Positions 37,856-48,621 of a stretch of 64,000 nt of DNA are shown here, piece by piece. The number at the start of each line of letters is the position of its first letter. The stretch's first letter is position 1. Below the pieces are notes generated by a model. It made no database searches and was not told where the DNA came from. It saw only the letters and a list, made by a program, of their open reading frames with translations. Origin of the DNA: Eukaryota sp. GEM-RC1. Taxonomy: Eukaryota. A program made the position numbers and the translations under genes. The DNA is taken from positions 1,798,001-1,862,000 of the forward strand of contig JAUFOQ010000013.1 in the NCBI GenBank assembly GCA_040285855.1, read 5' to 3'.

Positions 37856-39361
37856 TTATTTAATTTTAAATCCACCTGTTATTAATAATTTGTGAAGCAA
37901 AAACAAAGCAGCAGAACTAATTTCTCGATCACTATCCATTAATAAATTGGATATTATCTTTTTGCCTCTCAATTTATTTAAAATTAACTTCCCAGCAGAA
38001 TGAATTTCCAAAAACCACGATAAGTCATTAATGGCCACAAGTACAGAAATTTTGTCAAAACTGTCGACATTTTTAATAATTGTCTCACCTTGACTTTCAT
38101 ACTGGACACCAGAAACGTAGCCATTTAAAAGGAAATCCCCATAACCTTGCAGATAAGCCAATAGAATTCTAAGTAAAAGATAGCCTTCTTTTTCAAAAAA
38201 GTGAATGTTTTGTGACCAGAAATTGGCGGACGAATGAGGCGGGGACCATTTAAAATTTAAAATATTCAACTCAGCTAAGTAAACATCCCAAGAAGACAAA
38301 GACTCAATGTTTTCCTCTAAAAGCGAACATACTTCCATCATTTCTGATGGAATGTCAGGGTCTTTCCACTTTCGACCAATCACCGACTTAAAGAGATCAA
38401 GGACGCCGGCATCAAAGAGACAAATAGATCCTGTCATTTGCTTTGATTGTGAAGCAATTTCCTGTTCAATATTTAAAATATTGACAAAAATTCCAGCACA
38501 CATTCTAACAATGGATTCCTTGTAGTCCCTACCTAATTGTTTAAAAATGTACACAATATTTGAAATCAGGCGGGACCCAACAAATAAATCAAAATGTCGC
38601 TTTTCAAAAGTAATTAACCACAGATTAAGTAATATACAATAAACAACTTGAGAATTTCCAGAATGAAACGGTAATAGATCTGATAGCTGACTTGTCATCA
38701 AAATCCCGACTTCGTTTCTAAAAATAGAATTCCGGCAAAAACAAGCTAACGCTCTTAAAATTCCTTCCATGTACAATGCGTCTGTCAAACCAAAGAATTC
38801 TTCCCCCTGCAACTCTGTGTCAGCAAACACTTGGATGACTTGATCGGTGATCTGCGTGTTAACACGTCGAAGAGACGTCAGCACGGAAGAAATCACAGAC
38901 AAACAACTTCTGAAAGTGGATAGAGTCGAATCTGATGAAGGAGACGAAATCAGAAGCAGAGAGGAACATAGCAAGGCCAGGACCTTAGGAAGTTTATGGG
39001 AGGAGTTTACGTTCTTTAGAATAGACTGGAAAAGCTCTGATCGGATACCAGTAAGTGGAAGAAAACATGATCTAGTTTGAGGATCTTTCAGAAAGAAGAA
39101 GAGTAGTGCAAGGCCAGAACTTAGACTCGCTGGAGCTGATACATGGAAAAAGTCAGAAAATGCGATGATTGCTTGTTCTACATCAGAAAGAAACAATTCA
39201 TGTCTTTCAGCAGGACTAACATCAGCCAACATGGAGAAGAAGTCAGCGGTTTCATCCGCAATGATCTTGGCATCACTTAAGGAATGGAATGGAATATGAA
39301 GAGATGCCGCTCGATTAAGAACTTCAAGGAAGACAGGTATGTAAGACAATGAAGTCGACAT
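37856..39361 (-). CDS. ATP6V1H: V-type H+-ATPase subunit H
   Basis: QVVY..LL.LWL.TF, KE.IVR, RKW.D.DI, LSSWD.Y..E......WSPPH.S..FW..N...F, VA.NDL..F......GK. Confidence 0.92.
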   Translation of the reverse strand: MSTSLSYIPVFLEVLNRAASLHIPFHSLSDAKIIADETADFFSMLADVSPAERHELFLSDVEQAIIAFSDFFHVSAPASLSSGLALLFFFLKDPQTRSCFLPLTGIRSELFQSILKNVNSSHKLPKVLALLCSSLLLISSPSSDSTLSTFRSCLSVISSVLTSLRRVNTQITDQVIQVFADTELQGEEFFGLTDALYMEGILRALACFCRNSIFRNEVGILMTSQLSDLLPFHSGNSQVVYCILLNLWLITFEKRHFDLFVGSRLISNIVYIFKQLGRDYKESIVRMCAGIFVNILNIEQEIASQSKQMTGSICLFDAGVLDLFKSVIGRKWKDPDIPSEMMEVCSLLEENIESLSSWDVYLAELNILNFKWSPPHSSANFWSQNIHFFEKEGYLLLRILLAYLQGYGDFLLNGYVSGVQYESQGETIIKNVDSFDKISVLVAINDLSWFLEIHSAGKLILNKLRGKKIISNLLMDSDREISSAALFLLHKLLITGGFKIK

Positions 39362-39584
39362 AATGGATTTTGATAATGATTTTGTTTATGATATATTTTT
39401 AGCTACTAAATGGTGTCTTGTAATTGAAAAAAATCTTGAACATATTGGTGGGTTATCGTTTCTTGGAAATATAGAAATTGGCGATATTGAATATGAATGT
39501 TATAAATTTAAGAATTTTCACATATACAATCCCTTTAAATGGAATACCTATAAATGTAATGAGCTAATTTTTTCGAAATAAAAA

Positions 39585-39764
39585 TGAGTCGACATTAATT
39601 GGAAAGAAATTCGACTGTGAATTTCATTCCGAATGCATAAGGGCATAACCCTTCACATTTTCATGATCTCATATAGAGCAAAACTCACAGTTTGACAAAT
39701 GTCTAAATTATTAGACAAATATCCTCATTCGCAAAGTCTTTTAAGACGAGCTAACTTCATAGAT
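39585..39764 (-). ncRNA. Candidate Fanzor omegaRNA (scaffold plus 3' guide)
   Basis: Immediately 3' of the Fanzor stop; hairpins at 39736-39747, 39700-39717 and 39639-39653, an 11-bp long-range stem 39680-39690/39615-39625, a possible pseudoknot 39726-39731/39630-39635, followed by a U5 run. Boundaries inferred. Confidence 0.55.
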
Positions 39765-42700
39765 TCAAGATTCCTGATCTTTCTGGTTTACGTGTGAGTC
39801 CTTGGGTACATCTTTCTTAGGCTTATTTGGACAAGTTGTTTTGTTATGTCCAGGTTGAAAACATATACCACACTTGTTAGGACCTCTGACAGTTGTTAGA
39901 GGACGCTTTGCTTTACCCTTACCCTTACTCACAGTCTTTTTCTTAGGAATCTGATCTGTATTCCCGCCATCCACGACAGGTGTTGTTTGAGATTTTGGTC
40001 TCTCGAGGATGGCAGGTCTACCTTGACCTTGAATGGTTCCATTTACAATATTATAAATATTGATAGCAGAATTGAAGTCTCTATTCCAGAGGACATGACA
40101 TTTAGCACATTCAACTAAGCCCCATGGTGAGACTTTTTTGCTCTTCAATCTTTCCTTCGATAATGGCAACTGTTTGGACCATTCATCATCAAAGTTACGC
40201 TCCACAATATTGTCTAATTGATTGTGTTCCATAATTTCCTTTTTTAATTCTTTCTCTTCCTTCTGTAACTTCTTCTTCCAATGAGGATCAGTGACTTTGA
40301 TCCCATCAGGATTGGAACAGATACCTTCGTCATTTCTGGAAACACATGCAGAGCAACATTTGCTGGTCTTAAATTCATCAACTAGGAACACTTTAAATCC
40401 AAATTTTCTTAATAATTTCCGAATTGAAGCACCTTTTACAGTAGATGCTTTACCTCTTCTTCGACGATAAGCAGTGTCGTTCCAGTCTCCATACCCAACA
40501 ACGACTTCATCTGAGTTTCCAAACTGGAGAGCAAATCTGTGAAGCATGTTTTTTCACTTCGTTCCTTTCTTGAATACTGTGTGAGACGATTCCGTCTAAA
40601 CCACTTTTCTTCGTAAATTCCTTCAGTATTTCTTTGATCAGTAGTGGGTGATCGTAATAAAGAACATGTAATTTCTTTGCCAAGAACAAAAGCAGAATAC
40701 TGAGTCAATTCACAAGATTTACTACCTGGCGAGTTAGAGCCCCATTGATCTAAAATTTGTTGCCCATTTATGTCAATGCGTCTGCCATCTGGACTGTGAA
40801 TAAATTGGGTAGAATATTGTTGTAACCGTTCGGATTCAGATAAACGGTGGAGATTATATCGTCTTATTTTCTTCTCCAGCTTCCTCTTCTTTCTCTTAGC
40901 TCTTTTTCTTTCCTTCCTTGTTTTTTCTTTTCCATGGAGACTTTTTAATATCGGCATTGCGCTCCCCAGCAGTGTATCTGAATACTTTCCAATCATCACG
41001 ATTTTTCAACTTGACAGTTGATGGTTTGTCAATAGTGGGTGCATCTTTCCAATCCTTCAATTCCTTTTTTAATTTTTTCAAGCTTCCTTTTTTCTTTGAT
41101 GATTTTGGAGAAATCTTTCTTCTTCTGAGATTGGCTGACGTATCGAAACCTTCGATTTCCTTTTCCTCCTTAGATTTTAAAGAAGCACAGTACATCAAAT
41201 CATGCTGATTAGGGTCAATAGCAACAATTCTTTTGGATTTCAACTTTAAGTTTTGAATTTCTGTGGAACTCAAAGAATCAATGTACCTTTCAGTAGCTGT
41301 GTAGTCAACTGCTTTCACCTTCTTATGAGGATTTCCTCTCCCATCAAGCAGATCTTTCCGCATCATCATTAAACTACAGCTAACTCCATCTGTGGAAATA
41401 GAACTGTATTTGAAGTCATGAGACAATGACTTTGGAAGACACTTTGGTTTCAAAACTGAGTGCCAAATGTCTTTTCGCACGTCATCATAGCTACCTTTAA
41501 TTTCTGATGCATAAACTTCTTTAAACCATGTAGTATCCAATCTGATATGATTAGGAATCAATGATTTTGTCAGAGGAAAAGGATTATTGGCAGTAACACC
41601 AGTACAAGAGTCTTCAACAAGACGTTTCAAATACACTGCATGACTTAAGAATTTCAAAGGATCTACTTTTTCAGCATAATAGATTGTTTTTTCCATTTTA
41701 CCTTCAAAAAAAGTAAACAAATAGTTAAAAAATAGTAAACTCAGTCTAGAATTGGGATCAGGAAACACTTCAACGTCTTAAATTAATTTTTGAAATTTTC
41801 CCATTAATGATCAACTGTCTGACTTCATTAAGCTTTGTACACAACTCTTGTCGTTGATTCTTATCAGTAAGCTTGTCAAGTCTATCTTTTTCAGGGTAAG
41901 CAAATTAAATACTTGAAAAACATGTTCGTGAAAGTGTTCACTCATGTTATTCTTGTAATTTGTAATAATTTCTGTTCCCATGTAATGCAATATACGAGAT
42001 AAACGATGACTACTGGGAAACACAATCCTATCAAGTCCAACAGATCGAGCAGCTAGTTCTAAACGAGGAATGTAATGAAACAATAAGTGTTGAGCAAACT
42101 GATTTTGAGTTGAGCCATCATTTGTGTTAGAAATTATGTTTGTTAACGACTCTTGTACAGTCTCAATATGATTCTGATTGTATACAAGTTTGTAGTCCCT
42201 AATCGTCATCATAGACAACACTTGTTCCATTGATTTCAACGTAAAAAAATTCTTCCAGTCTGGCAATTCAATTTTGGAAGTTTGAATTTTAGTCCAAAGG
42301 TCAGGTTCAGGTTCACCACTCGCATCTTCAATATTTTCTAATTTAACGGGAGGAGCAGTAGCATCGATAGACTCTGAATGTACATCTGTTTCTTCTTCAG
42401 TTGACTCATCTGTATCAGAATTCATTTCTTCCGTAACAGTTACATTTGGAACAGTAGCAGGCAGTAACTTCTGAATGTAACCTAAAATACCTGAATGGTG
42501 AAAATTATGAACAAAAAAATGTTTCAAAAAGAGAGTACTACGGACTCTTACTTGATGAGCTCTCTTAACACGAGATTCAATCATCCTAACCTTGGATTTC
42601 ATGATAACATTGTCCAGTCGTTTCTTAACCACTTTCATTGGTGACTTTGAACGTAATGTTTGCTTTTTGGGATCCAATAGGTCAGCCAACAAGTATTCAA

Positions 42701-45220
42701 TCAGAGGTAATTGTTGAATTGAGTTCATCAACAATAGCAGTCTTGTCGATTCCTTGGCCCAAAGTTCATTTACTTTCTCCAAATTTTTGACAAATTTCTT
42801 TTTAATCTTATCGACCTTCACTTTGGGATTGTCTGGAACTAAAACATTAATGCTGTCAATTATGCCATGCAAGTTTTGGACATTATTGACCAACTGAACT
42901 TCATCAAGATCAGAATCATGATTAAGTTCTTCCAAGCGTTTGACGGTTTCATTTTTAGAAAAAATATTTCATTTCAAGGAAAATTTGAACAACATTTTCC
43001 AAAAAACGGCCACCAGTAAAGACATAAAAATTCTTCAGTACAGCATTCAAATCGAGACTAAAAAACGGACCAAAAGTTGTTTCCTTACACCATTTGTTGA
43101 ACCAAAAGGGAATGTAGGGTTTAAATTCTGGAAAAGTAAACGTTGTATTGATTTTGAAGACTTGACAACGTGATGCAAGAAAGGGAAATGTATCTAAGTG
43201 AAAGTCATAACTCACAAACAATCGTGGACAATGTTGAGTAATGAAGGAAATGAAGTTTTTAAGCATACTGGATTCACTGTTTGAAATATGTAAGGTACAT
43301 AAATCCAAATTTGTAGTCTCAAAATTGCCATGGGAAAATAAGTGTTTTTCACTAAGGTCATTGTGATCAATGATCTGGATGGAAATTGATACAATCGGAT
43401 CAACAGAAGAATCACGTTTAACTTCTAATTGATCTTCAGCTTCACCTTCAACAGTTTCAATGTCATCATCATCTTCTTGAACAAGTTGAACATTTCTGCC
43501 ATTAATTCTTTCTTTTTTGGCAAAATCACTTTGAACATGAATTAAACAAAAAGTTGGTAGATTGTTCCAAAGTAGAGGGGATTTAAGAAAGTCTTGAATT
43601 TGTATTTCTTGTTCGATAGGCTCAGTGTGTAGATTTACTTCCATTTTATGAATTTCTTCTTGAATTGGCGATGGATACGACATAATGGAGGCCTGTGATT
43701 TGGGTGGTAGTTCAGATGGTGGTAATTCAGATGGCGATGGTAGTTCAGATGGTAGTACTTCAGATGATTCCAATGTGGACATACGGCGGTGAGTCTTTCG
43801 TATTGGAGTGTCACCAGTTGAAAAAAGGGAGCTGGTAGATCTAAATTTATTTCGTTTAATTAAGGGTGAACCTCGTGGTGATGGAACATCTGAAATTTTG
43901 GCTTTACTTTTTTTAGTGCTTAAACCAGTAGATGTTTTAGTGCTAGCAAGACGTGAACCTGTGAGAGGAATTGAAGTGGTTGGATGTTCTTTACCGGCAG
44001 GAGGTTGAATGGGTAACGATGGTACAATAGGAGCTACTGTGGTTTGACGTTGTTGTAGATAAAGTGTCCTTTGTTGAGACAAGACCTCCAGAATTTCTTC
44101 ACGAAATATGTCTGCTTGAAGTTCACTGTTCACTTGGATCAAATAAGTTTCCAAATACATCAGAGACGGAACATAGGCGAATCCTTTAAAAAGTTCAACA
44201 TATTTTTGAATATACGCAATGACATAAACTCCACAGTCGTTAGCAGACTGTCTTTTGGTCACAGGCACATAACGGAAAACATACCCCCATGGCACAAGTA
44301 CTTCGGATAATATGTCGACAGCTGGTTTTACCATAGACTTACTCATATCTTCGCTAGTTAACATTGGATCAATGAAGATCCATTCCTTCTCACAACAGTC
44401 TATAATGGCTAAACCCCAATGACAACCAGTGACACCTTCTCTGGAATAATTAGCATTTCTAGTCATCGTATCACTAAGGGGAACAAAGAGGTATTTGGAG
44501 TTTGTGATTTGATTTTTCTCAATTTTCGTCAACAACCATTGATCTAGCCGAAGAAGGGCATCTGGTGAAACAATATATTGAAGCAATGTGGTCGGATGGA
44601 TAAACATGCTTTCAAAGTCTAACTCTGCTTCTTGAAATATCACTTTACAGTACTCCACTATCGCTTCGTCATCAACCCATTGATTAGGATAAACTGAGTT
44701 TATGGCTTCTTGAGTTACGGGTCCTGGATTGGATTCAATATCACCATCAGCGGTGAGGTCTTTCGGGAACGGAGGATGGGAAGGGATAAACAGGGCAGAC
44801 GAGTACTTCATGGCAACAAATGTATGTGTTGATAAAACACAGAATGAACTGTCCTTATCTAAACTCAACTGAACCCAAAACCGTGCAATGGAGTCAGTCT
44901 CGAGTTGAGTAAGATAAGGACAGGATGGCGGCATCATCGAAGCAGCAGCAGTGGAGGGAGAAGCAACGGCAGTCATCACAGCAACGGCAGCGGAGGGAGA
45001 AGCAACAGCAGCGGAGGGAGAAGCAACAGCAGCGGAGGGAGAAGCAACGGCAGTCATCACAGCAACGGCAGTGGAGGGAGAAGCAACAGCAGTGGAGGGA
45101 AGAACTGTCCTTATCTAAACTCAACTGAGCCCGAAACCGTGCAATGGAGTCAGTCTCGAGTTGAGTAAGATAAGGACAGGATGGCGGACAACATCTGTTT
45201 GGATGTAGAACAAACGACAT
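39765..45220 (-). CDS. 2A - Ulp1/SENP8-like protease - PolB-exonuclease-like - Fanzor polyprotein (~1,800 aa; frameshifted in this assembly)
   Basis: Fanzor motifs T.YKNN..HF, FPL..S.IP.HIRLDT, STDGVSCS, RuvC-I AIDPN, YGDW, RuvC-II VDEFKTSKCCSAC, CAKC, RuvC-III WNRDFNSAINI. Protease W.DDE.I..Y, HWGL, FIDP, Q..NDCGVYV. 2A DIESNPGP. Pieces join by small indels at ~45100, 42959-42964, 41887-41891, ~41778, 40921-40926 and 40549-40554. Confidence 0.8.
44719..44760 (-). other. 2A-like StopGo peptide DLTADGDIESNPG/P
   Basis: Exact match to the D(V/I)ExNPG-P consensus, located directly before the protease domain. Confidence 0.85.
44845..45188 (-). repeat. Duplicated ~85-bp unit flanking 21-bp (AVASPSA) tandem repeats in the polyprotein leader
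   Basis: GAACTGTCCTTATCTAAACTCAACTGA...GATAAGGACAGGATGGCGG at ~44845-44931 and ~45102-45187; GGAGGGAGAAGCAAC repeats between. Confidence 0.9.
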
Positions 45221-45299
45221 TTATACTGTAGGAGGAAGGAAAATGAAATCCCACACAGACTGTAATGGACATGTGTGTGTCAATTCACGTGTTTAAAAG

Positions 45300-46258
45300 C
45301 ATAGCTGTCAAATACAAGTAACACCTGTTCTAAAAATACAAAAATACAAAAATACAAAAATACACATGCAAATACAAAAATACAAGTACTGTAATAAAAA
45401 ATGATTTAATAAGACACACTTTACTAAAAACACCAACACATGAAGTTGAATGTATGTCGATAAGCAAACACATGAAACATGGGATTATTAATAATGCTGA
45501 TACTACTTTCGAAAGTGATTCTTCCTCTTCTTGGAACACTACATTTCCATCTTGTACATTGTGCACTAGTCACAGCAACACTTAGTCTCACTTGAACTAT
45601 TTTACATTTCACGATGCTAGCCTCCAAACAGTTTAAAATGAAGTAAAACATAAATCAGTCCCGGTGAAAAGAATTTTCCACTGAAACTATTGATTGTGAC
45701 CAATGCAGTAACCAAGGATACCTGGTTTAACTTGTTATTCTGGTCGGAGAACAAGTAGACGAGGTGCATAGTTTAGGTGAATGATGTTCTATAATGACAT
45801 GTGGTAATGTATTGATAATCGCAACGATAATCACAACAACTGAATCACAAGTGTAAACTCCTCAAAAACGCCTATACTGCTATCTGATTGACTCCAAGTA
45901 CCAACAAAGACAGTTTGAGTTTGGCAAAATCAAAATTGAAAAAGATCAAAAGACAAAATCTCGATTAGTAGACGTAATTCTTATAAGTATACGAAACACT
46001 TGAAAAACAAAGTCTGGACAAAGTACCCACAACTGTTTCATTTACTATTACAAAGAAGTTTCGTATGTTTGGCTATCACCTTCAGAGTGACAAAGAACGA
46101 TAGTCAACCACTTTCTGTCAAAAAATACAAAAATACAAAAATACAAAAAAGCACATTGTTTAGACACGCTTGTATTTTACAAAAATACAAAAATACAGTG
46201 AAAATACAAAAATACAGTGAAAATACAAAAATACACTAATTTGTATTTTTCAGCTATG
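45300..46258 (-). mobile_element. Non-autonomous hAT element
   Basis: 8-bp TSD TTTAAAAG (45292-45299, 46259-46266); TIR CATAGCTG..AAATACAA; subterminal AAAATACA arrays; relic LSKVVSALLIIP...STSCVGVFSKVCLIKS resembling the hAT C-terminal dimerisation domain. Confidence 0.88.
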
Positions 46259-46559
46259 TTTAAAAGGAAATCTGTAATAAAGTCTATACCAGAATTTCCC
46301 ATGTCCTACTCAATCTTCAAACTCAGAAATACTTCTGAACAAGAAAGTCGTTCCCGTACCATCAAAACATATATGAAACTTGTTGTAAAGCTTGCTGATA
46401 AGCATGCAGTTAACTTGTCACTTGTTCTTCTTCCTTATGGAACATACAATTCTAAATCCATCCACATAACGGAAGTGTCAACATCTGACTTACCAGATGA
46501 TCTTAAAAAGGGTACCATGGATTTTTGTCTCAACCACAAATGAAGAAAACTACTCTAAC

Positions 46560-47110
46560 ATGTCTTCTTCTCCAATGAAGAGTAGCCGATCATGCAATGA
46601 TACTGTTTCAGTTGGTCACGTTATTGGTTATAAGAAGATCCCCTCTTCTACAACATCCTCTTCAAATTCTAGCTCTGATGTATCATATGCGTCATGCTCT
46701 CCTGCCCTTTCTTCCATCAACTCACTTGCGATTTCAACAATCCTTGTTGACTTTAATCCATCTTCGTTCTCTGAGTCGTTTGTTAGTACCATCTCTTGAA
46801 TGGAATCATATTAGGCATCCTAGTGTTCTCCTCACTTTAAAGAATGATATACCTGCGTTCTTTAAGAAACTTGGCTGGGTGAGTCACTATTTCTTTGAAT
46901 CTGCTCTTCTTGCAGTCAAGGTCTTTCTTCAAACAAACACGTTTCATATCATTCCTAAAGATCTTCCTCAACTATGTTCATTGACTTCTTTCTTTGGAGC
47001 AGAGGTTAAGTCTGTTTTCTTTCATATATCTGGATCGTTAACTGTTGATGAACTTTTCAATATTCCACCATAATTTCAGGATTGGAATTGCAATTGAATA
47101 CCAAATTCAC
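46560..47110 (+). pseudogene. Truncated LRR-family paralogue (N-terminal domain only)
   Basis: LRFQQSLL...IPAFFKKLGWVSHYFFESALLAVKVF.QTNTFH; frameshifted, no LRRs follow. Confidence 0.75.
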
Positions 47111-47668
47111 TTGGTCTTCAGACAGATTTTGAAAACAATTTGAACAATACTCATAGTATTTCCATGCAGACAGAAACAAAGGTTCTTACAATTGTCTACA
47201 ATATTGTACCACTGCACTGGAAGCAAAATGATACAACATAAAACAGTCTTTCAAATATGAAATTGAAACTGCAATTGTTAAAAGATTTAAATTTAATAAT
47301 GGCCAAAATTTTGAGTTTTCATTTGAATGATAGGGACAAGTACTTTAATGTGTTGTCGTTGACCAATACTTTTGTTGTGTCGATACTAGATTTAAATGAT
47401 GAATTGGTTTGTGATGAACAATGTTTAGGAATATTGGAGGAATTTCGTGAAGTGATGTGTGAATATTGTTGTGGGATTGGATATAAGGAGTCGTTTTCGT
47501 TGGCTGTGATGTTTGCGAGGGTGATGGGGGATATAGTAGTGCTAGTTAAGTTTGATAAACTGAAGTTGTATATTTTAATGGTTGTTTTTATCGACATTAT
47601 ATATAGAAGAAAACATTATGAGCAACAACAATTCAATACACATACGACACGTTGATTGAGATTGATTC

Positions 47669-47963
47669 TCACCAAATGTTGTAGTTACAAATGTTGTCAT
47701 TACAAATGTTGTATCACCAAATGTTGTAGTTACAAATGTTGTATCACCAAATGTTGTATCACCAAATGTTGTAGTTACAAATGTTGTCATTACAAATGTT
47801 GTCATTACAAATATTGTCATTACAAATGTTGTATCACCAAATGTTGTCATTACAAATATTGTCATTACAAATGTTGTATCACCAAATGTTGTCATTACAA
47901 ATATTGTCATTACAAATGTTGTATCACCAAATGTTGTCATTACAAATGTTGTATCACCAATGT
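47669..47963. repeat. 15-bp minisatellite (~19 units)
   Basis: Variants ACAAATGTTGTCATT, CCAAATGTTGTAGTT, ACAAATGTTGTATCA in tandem. Confidence 0.92.
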
Positions 47964-48621
47964 CGTTGACCTTAGTCTCATTCCAGATAGCATCTTGACG
48001 AAGTTGTTGAAATTCTTCGCCATCTAGAAGAAGGTCCCAGTTTGTTAAAGTAAAGGGCATGTATTGAGGTGCAATTATTTATGTGCAGGCAATTCAGAAT
48101 TTGATCTGACTCCTATAAATACAACTGCAATTGGTCAGTTTGGTACATTGTACTGTCAACAAACACATCTTAGCTTCCTGTAGATGATAATGAGTTACCT
48201 CAGTCTGATTTCATTATCGTGTTTTGAGTTGCTATACAAAAATGCAGTCAAAAACGACTGAAGACACAGCAGTGTATTACACGATCAGAGTTGTAGCAAA
48301 CCAGCAGAGTTGTAGCAAACCTTAGTGTTTTCCTTTGGAGGATAAGATGTCAATGTGATGTATGTGTAGTAGGATGGTTGTACAACGTTGAATTTATTCA
48401 TGACATGGTTGAACACGGTTCACAATTCTAAGAACGAATACCTGCAAACACGTCTCTATCTTGAAAGAAGCTCAACACTTGATATCAAAAGATGTATGGA
48501 ATCCATAAAGAAATTCGAGTTTATTCAGATGATAACAACTCTAAAAAGGAGAAAAAAGACACAAAGAAACAAAGTGTCCATCCTCAATATCTATACAATG
48601 GGAAGAAGAATGTGTGAATAA

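Noticed and set aside
45300..46258. hAT element as the transposon carrying the Fanzor
   Set aside because: Its TIRs and TSD close before the Fanzor ORF begins.
47669..47963. CRISPR-like array
   Set aside because: Contiguous 15-bp units with no unique spacers; eukaryotic context.
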